This document shows, piece by piece, positions 26,740 through 32,000 of a stretch of DNA of 32,000 nt. The translations under genes and the position numbers were made by a program. The notes under the pieces were generated by a model. That model had not been told where the DNA came from. It saw only the letters and a list, made by a program, of their open reading frames with translations, and did not search any database. The stretch is taken from NCBI GenBank assembly GCA_947073285.1, contig CAMTJT010000006.1, positions 46,972 to 78,971 of the forward strand. Reading direction: 5' to 3'. Source of the stretch: an uncultured Clostridium sp. (lineage in GTDB: Bacteria; Bacillota; Clostridia; TANB77; CAG-508). Numbering within the stretch: position 1 is the stretch's first letter; the number at the start of each line of letters is the position of its first letter.

Positions 26740-27366
26740 TTAGTTTCTATCTAATGCTAATGAAACATCAATTATTCTTTGCACTTCTTTCATAAATTCT
26801 GGAGTCATTGTTCCTATATAACTTCTTAGTCTCCTCTTATCTACTGCTCTAATTTGCTCACCACAAACTACACTCATTCCTATCATTCCACATTCTCTTA
26901 CATATTCTATACTGGAATCATAAAAATCAAAGCTATATTGAAATGGATAATCTTTTTTACAATCTAACATAATGGGTAAGACAATTGTGGTAAGAGCATA
27001 TTTATTCCCTATATCGTTTTGTATAATAACAACAGGTTTCATTCTTCTACTCTCAAATCCAAACCCTTCTCCTAAATCACACCAATATACTTCTCCTCTT
27101 TTTACCACCTTATAACGTAAATCCAATTCCTCTACATTTGATTGTAAAACACTTCTAGGTTGACTGCTTAAGGGTTCTGTGGCATTTAAGAAGATCTCTA
27201 TCTCAGTAGAATCTAGAATCTCATAAAGATCTTCTAACATTTCAGACTCTACCTCATCTTCTATTGTAACCATTGTAGCAGAAACCCTTGCACTTATCTT
27301 ATATGCATTAAGTATCTCAGTGAGCCGAAAAATGTCCATAGGTTCTTTTGATTTAATCTGTAACAT
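26740..27366 (-). CDS. MazF/PemK-family endoribonuclease toxin domain fused to a ~94-aa N-terminal extension
   Basis: From about aa 95: KRGEVYWCDLGEGFGFESRRMKPVVIIQNDIGNKYALTTIVLPIM...GEQIRAVDKRRL, a typical MazF/PemK pattern. The N-terminal 94 aa are acidic with no recognised motif. GGAGG SD 5 nt before the ATG. Confidence 0.8.
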   Translation of the reverse strand: MLQIKSKEPMDIFRLTEILNAYKISARVSATMVTIEDEVESEMLEDLYEILDSTEIEIFLNATEPLSSQPRSVLQSNVEELDLRYKVVKRGEVYWCDLGEGFGFESRRMKPVVIIQNDIGNKYALTTIVLPIMLDCKKDYPFQYSFDFYDSSIEYVRECGMIGMSVVCGEQIRAVDKRRLRSYIGTMTPEFMKEVQRIIDVSLALDRN

Positions 27367-27500
27367 AGCTACCTCCTACATTTTCATGAAGTTTGTTTGC
27401 CTTGCAAAAATAAAACTTTTTAAATATCCTCTCCTTTTTACAGACATTTGCTAACTCATAGAAAAACTATTGTCTATGAATATCACAAAATTATGCAAAC

Positions 27501-27529
27501 ATATTAACACATCTTTTCTTACTTTTCAA
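27501..27529 (-). promoter_or_regulatory. promoter of the MazF-fusion gene
   Basis: Minus strand reads TTGAAA, 17-nt spacer, TAATAT. The ~125-nt 5' UTR has a TCATAGA/TCTATGA hairpin. Confidence 0.5.
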
Positions 27530-27554
27530 GTGTTTTAGCCTTTATTGTATCAAA

Positions 27555-29084
27555 CTATTGTGTTTTTTCTATTTGTGCTTGCAACTTTTTGATTTTTTTA
27601 AATTCAAACGTTACTAAAGTTACTGCCATTAAAAAGGCTAATCCATCTGCTGTTGGACCTGAAAATAGTATTCCTTCTACGCCTCCTAGCATTGACCAAA
27701 TAAGCATTGCTGGCAACAAAAATAAAATTTGTCTTGAAAGTGAAATAGCTGCTGATTTAATAGATTTACCAATAGCTTGCATAAATATACCTGTAGTAAT
27801 TTGAAAACTATTAAAAATAATTAACATTAAAAATCTTCTAAAACACATTTTAGCATATTCATTGTATAAATCATTTTCTTGTCCAAATAAATTAATAATT
27901 AGTTGTGGGCATAGTTGTAAAATTAAAGTTCCTATTGTGGTAATAATAAATCCTAGTGAAATAGCTCTTACATAGGTTTGTTTTACCCTTTCATACTTTT
28001 TAGCACCATAATTAAATCCTAAAATTGGCTGTGCTCCTATTGCAATTCCAAGAATAATAGAGTTAATAATTTGATTTACTTTCATAACAATTCCAAATGC
28101 TGATAATGGAATATCACTTCCATATTTTGAAACTGCTCCATATTTTGCCATTAATTGATTAGAAACAATAATAACTAGTGTAATGGAAATTTGTGTAATA
28201 AAACTTGATATTCCTAATGCTATCAAACTTTTTAAAGTTCTAAAATTTATTTTAATACTTTCTTTATTTAACTGTATTGTTTTAAATTTCTTCAAATAAT
28301 ATAAAGATACTATTCCAGATACTGCTTGCCCTATAATAGTTGCAATTGCTGCTCCTTCTACTCCCCATTTTAACACAAAAATAGCTATTGGATCTAAAAT
28401 TAAGTTAATAATAGCTCCTACTAAAGTACTTGCCATAGCATATCTAGGTGATCCATCTGCACGAATCATAGAGTTAAAGGCTGTTGTTATCATATAAAAT
28501 GGTAAGCCTAATACTATATAAAACATATACCCTTTTGCATATTCATATGAGCCTGTGGTAACTCCAAATAACTTTAATAGTCCCTCTTGAAATACTAATC
28601 CTATTATTAAAAATAGAATGCTTAAAATAATGATACTACTTACTGCATTTCCAATTCCTTTACTAGCACTTTTTTCATCTTTTTTTCCTAAACATAAACT
28701 TAAGTTAGCTGCTGCTCCATCTCCTATTAAAAGTGCAAAAGCTGTTGCAATAACGGTTAGAGGAAATACAATATTAGTTGCTGCATTTCCTAAATAGCCT
28801 ACCCCTTGCCCTATAAATATTTGGTCTACTATGTTATATAATGAACTCACTAGTAACGATATAATACAAGGAATACTAAATTTCATTAGTAGCTTTCCTA
28901 TTTTCTCTGTTCCTAATATATTTTCTTTTGGCATTATAGTTTGTTCTTCTATGCTATTATTTTGTTCTTGTGTTTTACTTTCTAAATTATCTACTAGCTG
29001 TTCTTGCTCTTTTAATTTAGCTTGTTCTTCTTCCTTTAGAACTTCTTGTTTAAAATCCTTTACTTGTTCTTCTTTTTGTTTCAT
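27555..29084 (-). CDS. MATE-family multidrug/toxic-compound efflux transporter
   Basis: From aa ~51: MPKENILGTEKIGKLLMKFSIPCIISLLVSSLYNIVDQIFIGQGVG..., a typical MATE N-terminus with about 12 TM segments. The first 50 aa form a Glu/Lys/Gln-rich extension. The true start could be the ATG at about 28934. Confidence 0.85.
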   Translation of the reverse strand: MKQKEEQVKDFKQEVLKEEEQAKLKEQEQLVDNLESKTQEQNNSIEEQTIMPKENILGTEKIGKLLMKFSIPCIISLLVSSLYNIVDQIFIGQGVGYLGNAATNIVFPLTVIATAFALLIGDGAAANLSLCLGKKDEKSASKGIGNAVSSIIILSILFLIIGLVFQEGLLKLFGVTTGSYEYAKGYMFYIVLGLPFYMITTAFNSMIRADGSPRYAMASTLVGAIINLILDPIAIFVLKWGVEGAAIATIIGQAVSGIVSLYYLKKFKTIQLNKESIKINFRTLKSLIALGISSFITQISITLVIIVSNQLMAKYGAVSKYGSDIPLSAFGIVMKVNQIINSIILGIAIGAQPILGFNYGAKKYERVKQTYVRAISLGFIITTIGTLILQLCPQLIINLFGQENDLYNEYAKMCFRRFLMLIIFNSFQITTGIFMQAIGKSIKSAAISLSRQILFLLPAMLIWSMLGGVEGILFSGPTADGLAFLMAVTLVTFEFKKIKKLQAQIEKTQ

Positions 29085-29241
29085 TTTTTGTATGTTAGTT
29101 TTCTTACTAACATTTCCTCCTTCCCTTGTACTATAATTTGTAAATCTCTAATTTTGAGCATAAAAATAACGTCTAATCTTTTTTTGCCTTTCCTATTTTG
29201 TATTTTTTCAAAGACTACACATTATTTTAAGCATGTTAACT

Positions 29242-29269
29242 ATTATATCACTTAACTATAAAAAAGCAA
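29242..29269 (-). promoter_or_regulatory. candidate promoter of the MATE gene
   Basis: Minus strand reads TTGCTT, 16-nt spacer, TGaTATAAT (extended -10). Confidence 0.45.
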
Positions 29270-29426
29270 GTGATATTTCTTAATAAACAAATTTTCCGTT
29301 TGTATTTTTCTAATTTTTATTATCCATTACTATTTTATTGAACATAATAATTTCTCCTTTTTGCATACTAATATATATATTATACTATAAAATCAAAGTA
29401 TTAATAATTCCAATATTTTCATTTCA

Positions 29427-29462
29427 TTATCTGTGCAATTTTCTGTGAAGTTATCTGTGCAA
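29427..29462. repeat. three tandem 12-nt units TTWTCTGTGMAR
   Basis: ttatctgtgcaa / ttttctgtgaag / ttatctgtgcaa. The outer two units are identical. Confidence 0.7.
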
Positions 29463-29560
29463 CTACCTTTTGTTTTTTCTATAGGAAATCTGCTACCATT
29501 AAATTTTAACACAATAATATCTTTTTTTGAATACTACTAGCCAAATTTGCTGTAAATTAT

Positions 29561-29589
29561 TTGACAGAACCAAAAAAATGTGCTATTAT
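29561..29589 (+). promoter_or_regulatory. near-consensus orphan promoter driving the sRNA candidate
   Basis: TTGACA, 17-nt spacer ending in TGc, TATTAT. Confidence 0.6.
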
Positions 29590-29595
29590 ATAGTT

Positions 29596-29670
29596 ACATT
29601 AAACAATGTACTCTCGTTCGGGTTGTGTATATTGTTTGCGTATGTGTACCTCAATACACATACTTTTTTT
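29596..29670 (+). ncRNA. candidate ~75-nt small RNA bounded by a promoter and a terminator
   Basis: Begins about 7 nt after the -10 box and ends at GTATGTGTA, loop CCTCAA, TACACATAC, T7 (29640-29670). No SD-preceded ORF inside. Contains GUUCGGGUUGUGU (29616-29628), complementary to the start of the convergent 36-aa ORF. Confidence 0.5.
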
Positions 29671-29739
29671 ATGCCTAAAAATAAAAGAATAGGAGAGTAC
29701 CCTCAAATACTCTCTCATTCCGACTATGTATGGCACATT

Positions 29740-29850
29740 TTAGTCTTTACTCTTTTTTTGTTCTTCTAATTTTGATTGAAATTTGTTGCTTTTGTCTTTT
29801 TCAGCTAAAAGCATTTCAACCAGTTTTAGAATAAGTTCGGGTTGTGTCAT
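29740..29850 (-). CDS. 36-aa peptide MTQPELILKLVEMLLAEKDKSNKFQSKLEEQKKSKD
   Basis: ATG at 29850 preceded by AAAGGGGGG. Candidate promoter TTGAAT-17-TAATAT at 29915-29943. Terminator GAGAGTA/TACTCTC plus a T-run at 29677-29714. The 67-aa version in the track has no SD. Confidence 0.45.
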   Translation of the reverse strand: MTQPELILKLVEMLLAEKDKSNKFQSKLEEQKKSKD

Positions 29851-29960
29851 CTTGTTTCCCCCCTTTCCGTCTTTATGTAAAAGACCTGCCTTTTGACATT
29901 GAAAGGTTGGTAATATATTATAATATTCTTCTATATTATTCAAGCGAACAAAGTAAAGTT

Positions 29961-30162
29961 TTACAACTTCTTGTCAACATATTTATTTTCAATTTTGTAT
30001 TCAATATCGTAGTGAAATTCATAATGGTTATAAATATATGTTGTTGTTTCTTTTTCATTACACCATTTTACTAACTGTACTAATCCAACAACAATACTTA
30101 CAATACTTGCTATTATTCCTATTATTATTCCTATTTTTTGAACTTTTTTATTCCTTCGACAT
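29961..30162 (-). pseudogene. small membrane protein ORF out of frame with its own SD and ATG
   Basis: AGGAGGAGG then ATG at 30162 reads MSKE*. The +1 frame reads (C)RRNKKVQKIGIIIGIIASIVSIVVGLVQLVKWCNEKETTTYIYNHYEFHYDIEYKIENKYVDKKL* and has no ATG, GTG or TTG start of its own. Confidence 0.4.
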
Positions 30163-30407
30163 ACCTCCTCCTATTTTAATTTTTGTAATTATTAAAATAG
30201 GTCTTATTAGGTTGTATCATAATATGTGTACCTTCAAATTACCTCCTTAATATTGTTTAGCAATAATGCTTTTTGACTGCTAAAATGATACCCTACTTTC
30301 TATACTTTGTCAAATAGAAAAACAAGTTGTATTTCAACCGTTTTCTTATTGTTGTGCATAAAATGAACCCACCTTGAAAATAAGTAAAAGTTCTTTTATG
30401 ACCGTCT

Positions 30408-30483
30408 TGGTTGGGGTACTAGGATTCGAACCTAGGAAATGCCTGAGTCAGAGTCAGGTGCCTTACCGCTTGGCTATACCCCA
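30408..30483 (-). tRNA. tRNA-Gln (anticodon CUG), CCA encoded
   Basis: Minus strand reads TGGGGTA TA GCCAAGCGGTAAGGC A CCTGA CTCTGAC TCAGG CATTTC CTAGG TTCGAAT CCTAG TACCCCA A CCA. Cloverleaf folded by eye. The D-arm is typical of Gln tRNAs. Confidence 0.85.
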
Positions 30484-30550
30484 ATATAAAGTCACTACAA
30501 TGTTACCACATACTGACGTTGTAATCGGCATAGCCTCAACAACCTCAGCA

Positions 30551-30573
30551 GCTTGGCTATACCCCAATATAAA
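30551..30573 (-). repeat. 23-nt perfect duplicate of the tRNA-Gln 5' end plus 7 upstream nt
   Basis: gcttggctataccccaatataaa occurs at 30468-30490 and again at 30551-30573 (83-nt offset). Confidence 0.9.
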
Positions 30574-30703
30574 ATTACTACATATCCCATATTATTGCAT
30601 ATTTTTTTACAAATTGCTACTATTTTTTGAAAATTTTTTATTGATTTTGCTTTTTTCTTAATATATACTTAAGTTATCATAAAAAAATAATGGAGGTTTA
30701 CTT

Positions 30704-31327
30704 ATGATAAATGAAAATTGTTTACAAAAAAGATATGCTGATGTTTCTCATCTTGCTGAAATTATAGAAATCATTCTAATTTCTTTAGGAGTGTTTTTAA
30801 CCCCTTTAGTAATTCCACAAATTTTATCTTTCATTTTTGGGGCTAATAGCTTTTTAGCTACTAACTCTCAATTTGTGGTTGGTGCTATTGTTAATACCTC
30901 ACTTGTTATAGCAGGTATTAATTTAAAGGGATGGAAAAAAATATTTGCTATTGTTTTTTTACCTAGCATTTCTGCACTTTTTAGTGGGTTAGTATTAAAC
31001 TTATCTGCTATTTACACCGTATACATGATTCCTGCTATTTGGCTTGGTAATTTTGCTCTTGTTTACTTATTTAAATTTTTATTTGTATCTAAAAAAGTAA
31101 ATTATATTCTTACTAGTATATGTGCTATTTTGACTAAAGCTACCATTATTTTTGCAGGATATCACATTTTACTTTGGTCAAATATAATACCTCAAAATAG
31201 TAAAGTAGCAACTGTTTTATTTACTTCTATGGGAATTAATCAAGTAATTACTGCCATAATGGGATGCTCTATTGCTTTTGTACTTGTTAAATTGCTTTAT
31301 TCTTCAAAAAAAGAAGCCCAAATCTAA
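30704..31327 (+). CDS. 207-aa polytopic membrane protein (about 6 TM segments, possibly a transporter substrate-binding-type component)
   Basis: GGAGG SD before the ATG at 30704. Strongly hydrophobic throughout. No motif I can assign. Confidence 0.7.
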   Translation: MINENCLQKRYADVSHLAEIIEIILISLGVFLTPLVIPQILSFIFGANSFLATNSQFVVGAIVNTSLVIAGINLKGWKKIFAIVFLPSISALFSGLVLNLSAIYTVYMIPAIWLGNFALVYLFKFLFVSKKVNYILTSICAILTKATIIFAGYHILLWSNIIPQNSKVATVLFTSMGINQVITAIMGCSIAFVLVKLLYSSKKEAQI

Positions 31328-31365
31328 AAAAACAAGCTTAAATCTAAAAAAAGAAGCTCAAATCT
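31306..31365 (+). repeat. 3 x 20-nt tandem repeat spanning the stop codon of the membrane protein gene
   Basis: aaaaaaagaagcccaaatct / aaaaaaacaagcttaaatct / aaaaaaagaagctcaaatct. Confidence 0.85.
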
Positions 31366-31481
31366 AAATATTTACTTGTAATTTTCTATTAAGCCTGATA
31401 TAATTGTTTTATTAGGCATATAGCCTTATTTTGAGTAAGTAGTAGGGGTAAGAACAACAGTCTATTAAGGAGGACATTTTA

Positions 31482-31871
31482 ATGAGTAACATACTTACTA
31501 TTCCTAAAGGCACAAATATTTTGGATTATCTTCATGAACTTGATGGCACAAATGAGCGAACCAAAAATGCATGGCTTATTATGCATAGAAACGTAGTTGA
31601 AAACTTAATGCAACAAACAGAAAGTTTTGCTTTAGCACCTGCTCTGGCACTTGCAAGTGGTGACTGCTCTTTTGATTTGAATTCTACCAATCCTTCACAA
31701 CGTATTGGTGCAATTTCATTTCGTACAGCACCTTGTATTGATGAAAATCGTCAAACACTCTGGTTTCTTGTAACTGCAATTTATCTTGATGAAGATTCTC
31801 ACATTAAAATTGCCTTTCGCAGTTTATCACCTTATCCCACCGAAGCAATTTTTCTAACTTTAGAAGAATAA
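31482..31871 (+). CDS. 129-aa hypothetical protein
   Basis: AAGGAGG SD 8 nt before the ATG. GC moderately above the local background (about 33-43% in two 60-nt stretches counted). No motif recognised. Confidence 0.6.
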   Translation: MSNILTIPKGTNILDYLHELDGTNERTKNAWLIMHRNVVENLMQQTESFALAPALALASGDCSFDLNSTNPSQRIGAISFRTAPCIDENRQTLWFLVTAIYLDEDSHIKIAFRSLSPYPTEAIFLTLEE

Positions 31872-31893
31872 TACGAAAGAAAAATATATTTAC

Positions 31894-31934
31894 AAAATGA
31901 CCCCCAAATCTTAAAAGATTTTGGGGGTCATTTT
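31894..31934. terminator. bidirectional terminator, perfect 19-nt inverted repeat
   Basis: AAAATGACCCCCAAATCTT / AAGATTTGGGGGTCATTTT, between convergent genes. Confidence 0.8.
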
Positions 31935-31946
31935 GTATTATATTCT

Positions 31947-32000
31947 TATTTTATTGCTTTACGTCCTCTATAAATTGCTACATCTCCAAGTTCTGCTTCT
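31947..32000 (-). CDS. 3' end of an unidentified gene (runs off window)
   Basis: Minus-strand frame reads ...EAELGDVAIYRGRKAIK* with the stop at 31947-31949, just before the terminator. Confidence 0.4.

Noticed and set aside
29046-30250. Plus-strand ORFs 29046-29255, 29527-29769, 29844-30074 and 30038-30250, and the 67-aa form of the minus ORF 29740-29943
   Set aside because: These are Phe/Leu/Ile-rich translations of AT-rich non-coding DNA without SDs. 29527-29769 runs straight through a promoter and two terminators. Only the SD-preceded 36-aa portion of the minus ORF was kept.
30374-30661. 95-aa plus-strand ORF
   Set aside because: It is antisense to the tRNA-Gln gene and its duplicated 5' segment.
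1-32000. CRISPR arrays, rRNA genes, transposases, integrases, prophage structural genes
   Set aside because: None seen. The only tandem repeats (3095-3223, 8204-8307, 29427-29462, 31306-31365) have 2-3 units and lack the repeat-spacer organisation of CRISPR.

Overview
About 28% GC Bacillota-type (Clostridia or Erysipelotrichia-like) chromosome segment. 1-6375 (minus strand): the S10 ribosomal protein operon in canonical order, rpsJ-rplC-rplD-rplW-rplB-rpsS-rplV-rpsC-rplP-rpmC-rpsQ-rplN, plus the first codons of rplX. It has a near-consensus promoter and unusually long, hairpin-rich intergenic spacers. 6981-12597 (plus strand): a lysine/diaminopimelate cluster (asd, dapA, dapB) interleaved with a minimal SufC/SufBD-like pair and an HD-domain gene. 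asd (twice) and the sufC-like gene (once) are each broken by the same event: one extra C that creates an in-frame CGG directly before a conserved GGT glycine codon. 12743-16654 (minus strand): a two-gene operon with no function I can assign, 152 aa followed by a 1145-aa acidic protein. This is my best candidate for an undescribed system. After it come a roughly 50% GC islet with a 90-aa ORF, a DUF421/DUF4363 pair, small membrane and orphan proteins, a GlmU-like gene next to a eukaryotic-type UDP-sugar pyrophosphorylase gene, a YlmH-like gene followed by a UmuC-type Y-family polymerase, a VWA surface protein with an IPQTG sorting signal, a MazF/PemK toxin domain fused to an N-terminal extension with no separate antitoxin gene, and a MATE efflux pump. 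29140-30400 is a gene-poor AT-rich stretch. It holds a promoter-terminator bounded sRNA candidate convergent with a 36-aa ORF (13-nt complementarity at the ORF start) and a frameshifted small membrane ORF. A tRNA-Gln(CUG) with a duplicated 5' segment follows, then two more ORFs. I saw no CRISPR array, rRNA, transposase or integrase. All calls come from reading the translations and the sequence by eye. No database search was run.
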